Part shown: positions 1-8,248 of the stretch, one piece after another
How positions within the stretch are numbered: the first letter of the stretch is position 1
Layout: the number at the start of each line of letters is the position of its first letter
Assembly: GCA_039920285.1 (NCBI GenBank)
Contig: JBDSDX010000001.1
Coordinates: 510,001 to 542,000 of the forward strand
DNA from: Candidatus Saccharimonadota bacterium
GTDB lineage: Bacteria; Patescibacteriota; Saccharimonadia; Saccharimonadales; Saccharimonadaceae
DNA length: 32,000 nt
Reading direction: 5' to 3'
Position numbers and translations under genes: made by a program
Notes under the pieces: model-generated
Databases searched by the model: none
The model's input: only the letters and a program-made list of their open reading frames with translations
Told to the model about the DNA's origin: nothing

Positions 1-2
1 TT

Positions 3-281
3 ATGTTTGAATTTGGGGTTGCCTCAGTTATTCTCGGTCAATCGTTTCGAAATAAAATAGTACACGATGAAGATATCGCACTCTTGGAAGCGAAAGGGTA
101 CGAAACGGTCTTCCGTGACATTCTTAAGTCAGTCATGTCATTACGAACATACGAACGCTATACCAATAAAGGTTGGGATCGCCAACTCGGGAAAGATGTC
201 CAGAAAGAACTCGTGCCATTAATTGTTAAAGGTGTCGTGCTTGGCTGGTATGCCGCTGTTCTTGATATGAGGAAGAAATAA
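3..281 (+). CDS. 3' end of a gene truncated by the window edge; hypothetical protein with RNxxxH (HEPN-like) motif
   Basis: Open frame from window edge to TAA 279-281. Stop overlaps the rsmD ATG (TAATG). FRNKIVH encoded at nt 45-65. Confidence 0.5.
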   Translation: MFEFGVASVILGQSFRNKIVHDEDIALLEAKGYETVFRDILKSVMSLRTYERYTNKGWDRQLGKDVQKELVPLIVKGVVLGWYAAVLDMRKK

Positions 282-823
282 TGAACGTTCGACTTATTGC
301 GGGCCGTTTCGGTGGACGTATTATTGAGGGTTCAGATACAGATCGGACACATCCAATGAGTGAACGTATTCGTAACGCTCTGTTCAACAAGATTTCCGAT
401 GAAATCAAAGATGCAAGTATTCTTGATGCATTTGCAGGCAGCGGGGCAATTGGACTCGAGGCTGTAAGTCGTGGTGCGAAAAACGCTGTTTTGATCGATA
501 GCGATAAAGTAGCTCAAAAGATTATCGAAAGAAATATTTATCTTTTAGGCGTTCAGAAGGACGTACACCTCATCAGATCTACCGTTTCGAGTTGGGCAAA
601 ATTGACAGATGAGCGCTTTGACATTATATTTGCTGATCCACCATTCAACGACATGCAGTTATCCACAGTTTCACTATTGTTCGGACTATTAAAACCGAAT
701 GGGCTTATGGTACTATCATACCCAGGTAAGGGAGAGGTGCCGGCCGAAACGGGAGTTGTTGTGGTGGACAATCGTAGTTACGGAAATGCGGCTCTCGCGT
801 TTTACCGACAAAAGGATGCTTAG
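281..823 (+). CDS. rsmD: 16S rRNA (guanine966-N2)-methyltransferase RsmD
   Basis: 180 aa. SAM-binding DAFAGSGAIGLEAVSRGA and catalytic FADPPF motif typical of RsmD-family N-methyltransferases. Confidence 0.85.
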   Translation: MNVRLIAGRFGGRIIEGSDTDRTHPMSERIRNALFNKISDEIKDASILDAFAGSGAIGLEAVSRGAKNAVLIDSDKVAQKIIERNIYLLGVQKDVHLIRSTVSSWAKLTDERFDIIFADPPFNDMQLSTVSLLFGLLKPNGLMVLSYPGKGEVPAETGVVVVDNRSYGNAALAFYRQKDA

Positions 824-833
824 GCATCCTTTT
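810..833. terminator. bidirectional hairpin between convergent rsmD and the 853-1278 gene
   Basis: AAAAGGATGC-ttag-GCATCCTTTT, A-run and T-run flanks; includes the rsmD stop codon. Confidence 0.5.
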
Positions 834-852
834 GATTGAGGTAAAATCTTTT

Positions 853-1278
853 TTATTCAGCGTTCGTTCGTCGGCCCGTATCGTAGCGAACACGGAACGA
901 TCGGAAGAGATGGTCTATCGTATCTTGGTCGACTGATGTAATATCTGACGTCCGGCCTTCGATAGTATGAAAGATCATGACGTCATCCAGCGCAGTGGTC
1001 GCAAAACCTTCAATGATCGCATTATTCGGCGGGTGCTTGACTCGCAGTTCGAGTAACGGTGCAAATGTGCCTTCGTGACCAGGTCCAAGGTAAGGGTTAA
1101 GGTCGGTAATCGCAGCCTCAGCGAGCAGACCATCACCCAATTTTAATGTTCCATAGAATAATAATGATGGATTGAGTGCTCGAATCACGGCAATACGCGC
1201 CACGTCATGACGGAACTGATCAACCGGGTGGATATGTTCACCGGCAGGTGTGGGTCGAACGAATTCGAAATCACTCAT
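853..1278 (-). CDS. hypothetical protein (141 aa)
   Basis: The ORF track extends to 1374, but that part overlaps the tRNA and terminator. The ATG at 1278 (MSDFEFVRP...) sits 6 nt after a TATTAT box (1290-1285 on the minus strand). Confidence 0.6.
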   Translation of the reverse strand: MSDFEFVRPTPAGEHIHPVDQFRHDVARIAVIRALNPSLLFYGTLKLGDGLLAEAAITDLNPYLGPGHEGTFAPLLELRVKHPPNNAIIEGFATTALDDVMIFHTIEGRTSDITSVDQDTIDHLFRSFRVRYDTGRRTNAE

Positions 1279-1300
1279 ATACTTATAATATCGCCAAATG

Positions 1301-1328
1301 AAAAAGCAGACCAGCCGATCTGCTTTTT
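1301..1328 (-). terminator. rho-independent terminator after tRNA-Leu(UAG)
   Basis: AAAAAGCAGA-ccagccga-TCTGCTTTTT perfect 10-bp stem; T-run on the minus strand. Confidence 0.6.
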
Positions 1329-1332
1329 CATT

Positions 1333-1417
1333 TGGTGCGCGCGAAAGGACTTGAACCTTCACGCCCGAAAGCACTAGCTCCTAAGGCTAGCGTGTCTACC
1401 AATTCCACCACGCGCGC
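1333..1417 (-). tRNA. tRNA-Leu (anticodon UAG), type II long variable arm, CCA encoded
   Basis: Reverse complement reads GCGCGCGTGGTGGAATTGGTAGACACGCTAGCCTTAGGAGCTAGTGCTTTCGGGCGTGAAGGTTCAAGTCCTTTCGCGCGCACCA. 7-bp acceptor stem, anticodon loop CTTAGGA, GGTTCAAGTCC T-arm. Confidence 0.9.
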
Positions 1418-1427
1418 ATTACGTTAC

Positions 1428-1438
1428 ATTATAACAGA
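1428..1438 (-). promoter_or_regulatory. extended -10 promoter TCTGTTATAAT for tRNA-Leu(UAG)
   Basis: Minus-strand TCTGTTATAAT ends 10 nt upstream of the tRNA 5' end. Confidence 0.5.
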
Positions 1439-1523
1439 GGGAATACTGAATATAAAGCAGTGGTCTCAAAGAGAAGTTGCTTGTGCTATCATAGAATTAA
1501 AGACATACAAGGGGATGTGAGGA

Positions 1524-3125
1524 ATGAACAAGATTGCAGTCTATCTAAATGAGCATTTACTGGGTGAAGTCAGTAGCTCTAAAGCCATGCGTCGACGCTA
1601 TAGTCGCGATGGGAGTGTCCTGACTATTACGCCTGAGATTATCGTATTTCCGCGTGTGACAAATGATATCCGAAAAGCAGCTCGTTTTGCGTGGCAACTC
1701 GCCGAAAAAGGACATGCGCTTCCTTTGACGGTTCGAGGCATGGGAACTGACCCAACAGGTGCAGCAATTGGAAAAGGGATGATCATTAGTACCAGTACCC
1801 ACCTCAATAAAATTATCCATGTGGCTATTAAAGAGCGTTTGATTCACGTCCAGCCAGGCGTTACCTTTGATCAACTTAACACCACATTGAAATGGAACGC
1901 GCTTGCCATTCCAAATACACCTGTCGATGGTCGTTATGGAACTGTTGGTGGCGCTATTGCGAGTAATGCACTAGGCTCAAGTGGTGAATTCGGCGCTGCG
2001 ATTGAAAAACTTGAAGTGGTTCTCGCAAATGGTGACCTTATGGAGACGTCTCGTATTAGCCGTCGTGACTTGAGTAAAAAGCTCGGTCTGCAAACTTTTG
2101 AAGGTGAAGTGTACCGTAAACTCGAAGGTCTTATTGAAGATAACGATGAATTGATTCAACAAATTGCCAAAGACCCTGTCCGTGACAATACTGGCTATAA
2201 GAATCTCTCGGCTGTAAAGGGAAAAGATGGTTCGTTTGACTTGACGCCACTCTTTATTGGGAGCCAAGGAACCTTAGGAATGATTTCAGAGATTGTTCTG
2301 AAAGCAGACTTTTATAGTGAAGACGTCACAATGGCTGTAGCGGTAGCCCAAAGCGATGAACTCGCTCGTGATATTGCTGATCGGCTGATTGAGTTGCAAC
2401 CGGCTGCGCTTGAAACCTACGACGGAGAGTTATTCCGACGTGCGAGTGCTGAAGGTGCACAATTTACACTTCTTGGTTCAACTGACCAGCTTGGAACGGT
2501 TATTTTCATTAAATTTAATGACTTTAGTGATCATGCCCAGGCGGTCAAATTGAAGAAAATGCGCAAAATGATGCAAAAACTCGGTGTCGGCATGGTTGAC
2601 TCAACTGATCATCAGATTGAAGAATTTGAAGCGGTGACTGGTGTTATTGAGTCACTTCGATTGATTGCGAATGATGATCAAACGGCGTTACCATTGGTTG
2701 ACGGCTCATTCATTCCAAATGAACGTCGTGAAGAGTTTGCCACTGCGGTAACAGAACTAGCTGCAAAACATCATACTCCATTGCCAATGAAACGAAACGT
2801 ACTAACGGGAACACTCTATAGTTTCCCAACCTTGAAACTTGATATCGTGAGCGACAAACAGAAACTCTTCCGTCTTTTGACAGATTATGCGGAACTTGTC
2901 GATCGTTGCAATGGAGCATTTGTCAGTGATGGTGCTGAAGGCCGATTGAAATCTAATGCTGCATGGACGATTCTCGATGATGCACATGCGCATTTGTATG
3001 AGCAACTGCGTGCTATCTTTGACCCATTCGGCACATTGAACCCAGGTGTAAAGCAGAAGAATGATATTCGCCACCTCGTTTCGTCGCTACGTTCGTCATA
3101 TGACGCGACCGATTTCGTCTCTTAA
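1524..3125 (+). CDS. FAD-binding oxidoreductase (GlcD / D-lactate dehydrogenase-like, FAD-linked oxidase family)
   Basis: 533 aa. N-terminal PCMH-type FAD-binding pattern (VRGMGTDPTGAAIG, GTVGGAIASNALG, FIGSQGTLGMISEIVLK) and a C-terminal FAD-linked oxidase-like region. GGGGA/GAGGA SD before the ATG. Confidence 0.75.
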   Translation: MNKIAVYLNEHLLGEVSSSKAMRRRYSRDGSVLTITPEIIVFPRVTNDIRKAARFAWQLAEKGHALPLTVRGMGTDPTGAAIGKGMIISTSTHLNKIIHVAIKERLIHVQPGVTFDQLNTTLKWNALAIPNTPVDGRYGTVGGAIASNALGSSGEFGAAIEKLEVVLANGDLMETSRISRRDLSKKLGLQTFEGEVYRKLEGLIEDNDELIQQIAKDPVRDNTGYKNLSAVKGKDGSFDLTPLFIGSQGTLGMISEIVLKADFYSEDVTMAVAVAQSDELARDIADRLIELQPAALETYDGELFRRASAEGAQFTLLGSTDQLGTVIFIKFNDFSDHAQAVKLKKMRKMMQKLGVGMVDSTDHQIEEFEAVTGVIESLRLIANDDQTALPLVDGSFIPNERREEFATAVTELAAKHHTPLPMKRNVLTGTLYSFPTLKLDIVSDKQKLFRLLTDYAELVDRCNGAFVSDGAEGRLKSNAAWTILDDAHAHLYEQLRAIFDPFGTLNPGVKQKNDIRHLVSSLRSSYDATDFVS

Positions 3126-3141
3126 CAGGGTCCCCCTAACC

Positions 3142-3150
3142 TGATATAAT
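3142..3150 (+). promoter_or_regulatory. extended -10 promoter (TGaTATAAT) for tRNA-Leu(CAG)
   Basis: cTGaTATAAT lies 28 nt upstream of the tRNA 5' end. Confidence 0.45.
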
Positions 3151-3177
3151 TCCGATTGTACGTGAAAGCAGCAATAT

Positions 3178-3264
3178 GCGCGCGTGGCGGAATTGGTAGA
3201 CGCGCTAGCTTCAGGTGCTAGTGTCAGCAATGACGTGGAGGTTCAAGTCCTCTCGCGCGCACCA
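3178..3264 (+). tRNA. tRNA-Leu (anticodon CAG), type II long variable arm, CCA encoded
   Basis: GCGCGCGTGGCGGAATTGGTAGACGCGCTAGCTTCAGGTGCTAGTGTCAGCAATGACGTGGAGGTTCAAGTCCTCTCGCGCGCACCA; anticodon loop TTCAGGT. Confidence 0.9.
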
Positions 3265-3269
3265 CGATA

Positions 3270-3299
3270 AGAACCCAAGAAATTGGGTTTTTATTTTTT
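3270..3299. terminator. bidirectional terminator (tRNA-Leu on the plus strand, 3291-4019 gene on the minus strand)
   Basis: AACCCAA-gaaa-TTGGGTT followed by TTTATTTTTT; overlaps the stop codon of the minus-strand gene. Confidence 0.6.
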
Positions 3300-4019
3300 G
3301 CGATCGGCAAATGTTTGCAGTGTAATGTGAGATAACTTGAGAAATGTTGATACATCGAGGCGTTTCATGAGAGTTATAATGCTCGGGAGCTGCATCTTTA
3401 TGAGTTTCCAATGGTCTCGTATAGAAGGATTAAACTCAACAAGTCCGTTTGCGGCGTCGCTCTTCATATCAAATAAGGTATCCATCGAGTTTGCGTAAGT
3501 GGTGAGGAGAGTTAAATAGTCATTAAATTCAGTAACATCCTGATCAGCTGCATGTTCTGGAGGGATAGTAACGAATCGACTTGTCACTCGGCCTTCTGCA
3601 AGTGCGACGAGACCGAGAGACTCTATATTAGACGCCTGTCGTGATCGTTCTCCAAGAAGTGCAATAGTATGTGCGTGAGTAGCGAATTCTTCTAATTTAT
3701 CCCGGCCGTCATGGATCATCACCTGTCGTAGCTCCACGAGAGAAGTGATCACATTTGGATCGATTGAGGAGTCAGCTTCACCCGTGACCATGAAATTGAT
3801 CGCTTTATCGTATGCTTTGAGACGTGTCTCTGGAGATTCTTCGCTGTCGAGAATCATGTCGAGATTGAACATAACAGAGAACACTGTTTGCCATTGTTGG
3901 CGTTGTTGCTCACTGATTTCAAGATTGAATAGTCTTGAAGCTATCGTGTGCAACATGTTATCACCGATACGATAACGATGTTTGTATTCGGAGTCGGGCA
4001 CGATATGTTCAGCGGTCAT
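3291..4019 (-). CDS. hypothetical all-helical protein with two DxxxD motifs (possible class I isoprenoid-synthase-like fold)
   Basis: 242 aa. DMILD at residues 54-58 and DTLFD at 180-184, about 126 aa apart. No other recognisable motif. Confidence 0.55.
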   Translation of the reverse strand: MTAEHIVPDSEYKHRYRIGDNMLHTIASRLFNLEISEQQRQQWQTVFSVMFNLDMILDSEESPETRLKAYDKAINFMVTGEADSSIDPNVITSLVELRQVMIHDGRDKLEEFATHAHTIALLGERSRQASNIESLGLVALAEGRVTSRFVTIPPEHAADQDVTEFNDYLTLLTTYANSMDTLFDMKSDAANGLVEFNPSIRDHWKLIKMQLPSIITLMKRLDVSTFLKLSHITLQTFADRKK

Positions 4020-4031
4020 TGATGACAGTAT

Positions 4032-4724
4032 GTGACATTATCGATGAATTACAAGCATGACCACGATACTGATCATTTAGTCGATTTGACCTCTATACTC
4101 TATACTGAAGTGATGCAAGAAGAAATTATTGGCGTGGGACCTCATCCTGAACCGTGGCCAACCGGTTCGCAGTACGATCGTATGCTGCTCAAAAATGGCG
4201 ATCAACGAAATGTTCTCGATAAATACCACTACTGGACGGTTGCTGCAATCAAAGAAGATCTCGACACAACTCGTGTAGATCTTGAGATTGCGATCGAAAA
4301 TCTGCAACGGGACTACAATATGGGTACGATTGTTCGATGTGCGAACGCTTTCAATATTAAGAAAGTCCACATTATTGGCCGCAAACAATGGAACAAACGC
4401 GGTGCGATGGTGACTGACCTTTACATGAATATTCAATATCATGATGACGTGAAGGCATTCCAAGCTGTTATGGAGAGAAGTAAACGTGAGATTATCGCGG
4501 TTGATATCGTCGAGGGGGCTAAAAACCTTTCTGAAACAACACTTCCACCGAATGCTGTACTTATCTTTGGTGCTGAAGGTCCTGGCCTGAGCAAAGAACT
4601 TCTTAATGTCGCGACTCAAACGGTCATGATTGAACAACTCGGTTCAACTCGTTCTATGAACGTTGGCGTGGCTGCAGGCATCGCTATGTACACTTGGGTT
4701 CAACAAAACTTGTTGACCAAATAA
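4032..4724 (+). CDS. SpoU/TrmH-family RNA 2'-O-methyltransferase
   Basis: C-terminal SPOUT motifs NMGTIVRCANAFN, LIFGAEGPGLS, IEQLGSTRSMNVGVAAGIAMY. Start is uncertain: GTG 4032, ATG 4044, or ATG 4113 (6 nt after a TATACT box). Confidence 0.8.
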   Translation: MTLSMNYKHDHDTDHLVDLTSILYTEVMQEEIIGVGPHPEPWPTGSQYDRMLLKNGDQRNVLDKYHYWTVAAIKEDLDTTRVDLEIAIENLQRDYNMGTIVRCANAFNIKKVHIIGRKQWNKRGAMVTDLYMNIQYHDDVKAFQAVMERSKREIIAVDIVEGAKNLSETTLPPNAVLIFGAEGPGLSKELLNVATQTVMIEQLGSTRSMNVGVAAGIAMYTWVQQNLLTK

Positions 4725-4825
4725 CATAAGCGTGTCATAATACCGACATGAACTACTACCGAACTCACCATGTACATATGTCGCCGGAGCGAATCGGTTA
4801 GTTAATTTTGTCTTAAATCATACTT

Positions 4826-4856
4826 ACGCCGAACATCGCTTCGGCGTATTTATTTA
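4826..4856 (+). terminator. rho-independent terminator
   Basis: CGCCGAA-catcgc-TTCGGCG followed by TATTTATTT. Confidence 0.7.
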
Positions 4857-4887
4857 CACGAGTCACCAATCATCAGATACCAATAAA

Positions 4888-4896
4888 TGATACAAT
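4888..4896 (+). promoter_or_regulatory. extended -10 promoter (TGaTACAAT) for hisS
   Basis: Lies 20 nt upstream of ATG 4916, with a GAAAGGA SD in between. Confidence 0.45.
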
Positions 4897-4915
4897 TTAA
4901 GAAAGGAATATAACA

Positions 4916-6205
4916 ATGACACTCTCATCACAACCATATAAAGGTACGCGCGACTATTACCCAGAAGATAAACGGGTTCAAAACTACATCTTTAATACTT
5001 GGCGATCTATCGTCGAACGTTTTGGATATGAGGAATACGGTGCACCGATTCTTGAACCACTCGATATCTATGCTGCAAAGAGCGGGCAAGAACTGGTTAA
5101 TGAACAAACGTACGTGTTTACTGATCGTGGCGGTCGGACAGTGGCGATTCGTCCTGAAATGACCCCAACGATTAGTCGTATGGTGGCAGCGCGTCGTCAA
5201 GAGTTGCCGTATCCAGCTCGATTGTACTCAATCGCTAACTTCATGCGGTACGAGCGTCCTCAGCGTGGTCGTGAGCGAGAGTTTTGGCAACTCAACGTCG
5301 ATATTTTCGGCGTTGAGGATACCAAGGCGGATATCGAGATCTTGACGATTGCAGATGCGATTTTAAAAGAGTTCGGTGCCAAGCCAACCGATTATGTTAT
5401 TCGCATTAACAATCGGAAGTTAATTAACTATATGATGGTTCAATATCTTGGACTCGATGAGGTTCAATCGCAGCAGATGATCAAATTGTTTGATCGCCGT
5501 GACAAGATTACCGAAAGTGACTTCGACGAGCAAACAACTCTGATTTTCGGTGAAACAAACGACGAACGTACTGAAAAAGTAAAACAGTTGATTGATGCGA
5601 AAAGTATTGACGAACTCCCCGAAGAAGTGAAGAAAGCGGAAGCGGTGAGTGAGTTGAGTGTCGTGTTCGATAGTCTAAAGAAAGCCGGTGTGACTGAAGC
5701 GGTCTTCGATGCGACGTTGATGCGGGGACTTGATTACTACACTGGCACGGTCTTTGAAGTATTTGATACACACCCTGATAATAATCGAGCACTATTCGGA
5801 GGCGGTCGTTATGACGGTCTCGTCGGTATGTTTGGCGCTGAACCTATCTCGGCGGTTGGTTTTGCCCCAGGTAATACAATGATGGAAAACTTCTTAGCTG
5901 TTCGCGATCTGCTCCCCAAGGCATCTTCAACGAGTCAGGTATATATTGTCGTGATTGACGATGCACTCGACACTGCAAACATGTTAGCGACAACGCTTCG
6001 TAGCGGGGGCATAAATACTGAAGTCGATATTACAAACCGCAAACTTGATAAACAAATTAAAACAGTACTAAAAAAGAATATCCCATACGTTATTTTTGTC
6101 GGTCCAAACGACGTTGATGCGAGTGAATTCTCTCTGAAGAATATTGCAACGGAACAAGAAGAAAAGCTGTCGATCGATGCGATTATTGAACGACTTTCGA
6201 AGTAG
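4916..6205 (+). CDS. hisS: histidine--tRNA ligase
   Basis: 429 aa. Class II HisRS signatures KGTRDYYPED, RYERPQRGREREFWQ, GGGRYDGLVGMFG, plus a C-terminal anticodon-binding domain. Confidence 0.95.
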   Translation: MTLSSQPYKGTRDYYPEDKRVQNYIFNTWRSIVERFGYEEYGAPILEPLDIYAAKSGQELVNEQTYVFTDRGGRTVAIRPEMTPTISRMVAARRQELPYPARLYSIANFMRYERPQRGREREFWQLNVDIFGVEDTKADIEILTIADAILKEFGAKPTDYVIRINNRKLINYMMVQYLGLDEVQSQQMIKLFDRRDKITESDFDEQTTLIFGETNDERTEKVKQLIDAKSIDELPEEVKKAEAVSELSVVFDSLKKAGVTEAVFDATLMRGLDYYTGTVFEVFDTHPDNNRALFGGGRYDGLVGMFGAEPISAVGFAPGNTMMENFLAVRDLLPKASSTSQVYIVVIDDALDTANMLATTLRSGGINTEVDITNRKLDKQIKTVLKKNIPYVIFVGPNDVDASEFSLKNIATEQEEKLSIDAIIERLSK

Positions 6206-6229
6206 GTCAATTTGCGGACGATTTCGACC

Positions 6230-6240
6230 TCTGTTATAAT
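6230..6240 (+). promoter_or_regulatory. extended -10 promoter TCTGTTATAAT for tig
   Basis: The TATAAT box ends 7 nt before ATG 6248. Confidence 0.55.
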
Positions 6241-6247
6241 TGGTCTA

Positions 6248-7552
6248 ATGGAAACTACACGAAAAAACCTATCTGACACAAAAGTATTACTGACAATTAC
6301 AGTGAGTAAAAAAGACCTCGTCGCGGCCGAGCAAGCTGCCCTTAAAACATTGAGTCGAACAGTGAAAGTTGCTGGCTTCCGCGCCGGTAAAGTACCTGCG
6401 GGCGTGGCTGCAAAACACGTCGATCCAGCAGCATTGCAAGACGAAAGTTTAAACAACGCTCTTAACAATGCAGTGACTGAGGCCTTCATTACAGAAAAGA
6501 TTCAACCACTTGACCGTCCTTCGGTTGAAGTACAAAAATTTGTTCCTGGTGAACTCCTTGAATTTACTGCTGAAGTTGAAATTGTTCCTAAGGTAAAACT
6601 TGGTGACTATAAACACCTTAAGGCGAAACAAGAACCTGCAAAGGTGACTGACATAGATGTCGAGGAAATCATTGAACGTATGCGCACGGGCTTTGCAACT
6701 CGTGAGGAAGTTGATCGTGGCGCAAAAGTTGGTGATGAAATCCTCATGGATTTTGTTGGTAAAAAAGAAGACGTTGCTTTTGACGGTGGAACAGCAAAAG
6801 ACTATACACTTGCGATTGGCTCTGGCCAATTTATCCCTGGTTTTGAAGAAGGTATCGTTGGTCACAAAGCTGGTGAAGAATTTGATATCGACCTTGATTT
6901 CCCAGCTGACTACCATGCGAAAGAACTCGCTGGTACGAAGGTTGTCTTCTCTGTCACACTAAAAAAGGTCCTCGAACCTAAACTACCTGAGGTCGATAAC
7001 GACTTTGCTGCTAAAGCGGGCCCATTTAAAACAGTCGCTGAACTAAAGGCTGACATCACACGCGAAATCAGTTCCCAAAAAGATCGTGAAGCCCACGAGA
7101 AGTATAAAGACGCACTCATTACGGAATTAGTTGAGAAGAGCACGGTTCCAACACCAGACATCCTGGTTGAAGACCACATGCGCTCAATCGAGCAAGACTT
7201 TGAACGAAACCTTGCGTACCAAGGTCTTAATCTGGATAGCTATTTTGTTACGAACAAATTTAAAGATGCAGATGACTGGCGTGATAAAGAAGTCCGTCCA
7301 ACGGCAACTCGTCGCGTTCAGGCTGGGCTTGTCTTGGCTGAATTAACCAGCGCCGAAAACGTTAAAGCTACTGATGCTGAAGTTGACGAACATGTCGAAG
7401 TTCATAAGAAGCAGTATGCTAATAACGAAGACGCTTTGAAGCAATTCGAAACAGCTGAAGTTCGCCGTGATATTGCCAATCATTTCTTGACTGAAAAAAC
7501 GATTGAACACTTGATCACACTCAATGGCGGCACCGCCAGCCACTCTCACTAG
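6248..7552 (+). CDS. tig: trigger factor
   Basis: N-terminal ribosome-binding GFRAGKVP motif, central FKBP-type PPIase region (GQFIPGFEEGIVGHKAGEEF), C-terminal arm domain. The TTG 6212 extension was rejected because the promoter lies inside it. Confidence 0.9.
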   Translation: METTRKNLSDTKVLLTITVSKKDLVAAEQAALKTLSRTVKVAGFRAGKVPAGVAAKHVDPAALQDESLNNALNNAVTEAFITEKIQPLDRPSVEVQKFVPGELLEFTAEVEIVPKVKLGDYKHLKAKQEPAKVTDIDVEEIIERMRTGFATREEVDRGAKVGDEILMDFVGKKEDVAFDGGTAKDYTLAIGSGQFIPGFEEGIVGHKAGEEFDIDLDFPADYHAKELAGTKVVFSVTLKKVLEPKLPEVDNDFAAKAGPFKTVAELKADITREISSQKDREAHEKYKDALITELVEKSTVPTPDILVEDHMRSIEQDFERNLAYQGLNLDSYFVTNKFKDADDWRDKEVRPTATRRVQAGLVLAELTSAENVKATDAEVDEHVEVHKKQYANNEDALKQFETAEVRRDIANHFLTEKTIEHLITLNGGTASHSH

Positions 7553-7572
7553 AGTAGGCACAAAGCAAATTG

Positions 7573-7600
7573 GCACTCACTTGCAACGAGTGCTAATTTT
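7573..7600 (+). terminator. weak hairpin terminator after tig
   Basis: GCACTC-acttgcaac-GAGTGC followed by TAATTTTAT. Confidence 0.35.
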
Positions 7601-7603
7601 ATA

Positions 7604-7609
7604 TACAAT
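7604..7609 (+). promoter_or_regulatory. -10 box TACAAT for clpP (leaderless geometry)
   Basis: The box ends 6 nt before ATG 7616; no SD. Confidence 0.4.
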
Positions 7610-7615
7610 AGATGT

Positions 7616-8212
7616 ATGAATAAGCCATCGAGTTACTTAGTACCAACAGTGATCGAAAAATCTTACGACGGGGAGCGGGCTTTTGATATCTACTCACGTC
7701 TCTTAAAAGAACGAATCATCTTTCTCAATGAAGACGTTAATGAACATACTGCGAGCCTGATCGTGGCACAACTTTTGTTCCTTGCCTACGAGGACCCGAA
7801 GAAAGACATCAAGCTGTATATCAATAGTCCTGGCGGGAGTGTCTATGACGGGCTTGCGATCTATGACACGATCCAGTTCATCTCACCGGATGTGCAGACG
7901 ATAGGTATTGGACTTCAGGCGAGTATGGGCGCTTTCTTACTTTCGAGTGGTACTAAAGGTAAGCGTTACGCGCTCCCAAACAGCCGTATCATGATTCACC
8001 AACCATCAAGTGGTACTCAAGGAAAGATTACTGACCAGGAGATCACTCTTAAAGAAGGAATTTTCCTTAAGCAACGACTCAATGAAATTCTTGCTAAGAA
8101 TACCGGACAGAAGTTATCTAAGATTGAAAAAGATGCTGATCGTGATTTCTGGATGAGCGCACAGGAGTCGAAAGACTACGGTCTTATTGATGACGTTATC
8201 GCCAAAGCATAG
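7616..8212 (+). CDS. clpP: ATP-dependent Clp protease proteolytic subunit
   Basis: 198 aa. [18 protein letters not shown], catalytic Ser in GLQASMGAF, His in IMIHQP, Asp in DRDFWMSA. Confidence 0.95.
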   Translation: MNKPSSYLVPTVIEKSYDGERAFDIYSRLLKERIIFLNEDVNEHTASLIVAQLLFLAYEDPKKDIKLYINSPGGSVYDGLAIYDTIQFISPDVQTIGIGLQASMGAFLLSSGTKGKRYALPNSRIMIHQPSSGTQGKITDQEITLKEGIFLKQRLNEILAKNTGQKLSKIEKDADRDFWMSAQESKDYGLIDDVIAKA

Positions 8213-8248
8213 ACTTTTCGCTCGTATTATTGTATAATCTTCATCAAT

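Noticed and set aside
1332-1520. 62-aa plus-strand ORF
   Set aside because: It lies antisense over tRNA-Leu(UAG) and its promoter. The region is better explained by the tRNA gene.
4725-4915. Possible T-box riboswitch upstream of hisS
   Set aside because: The 191-bp region is short for a T-box, and I found no T-box consensus (AGGGUGGNACCGCG-like) or specifier-loop architecture. The micro-ORF/terminator reading is reported separately instead.
5935-6489. Long antisense ORFs opposite hisS/tig, and similar ones opposite rpoB, rpoC and rplV (for example 11584-12045, 15227-15664, 30846-31370)
   Set aside because: These are shadow ORFs on the strand opposite strongly supported conserved genes. They have odd amino-acid composition and no start signals.
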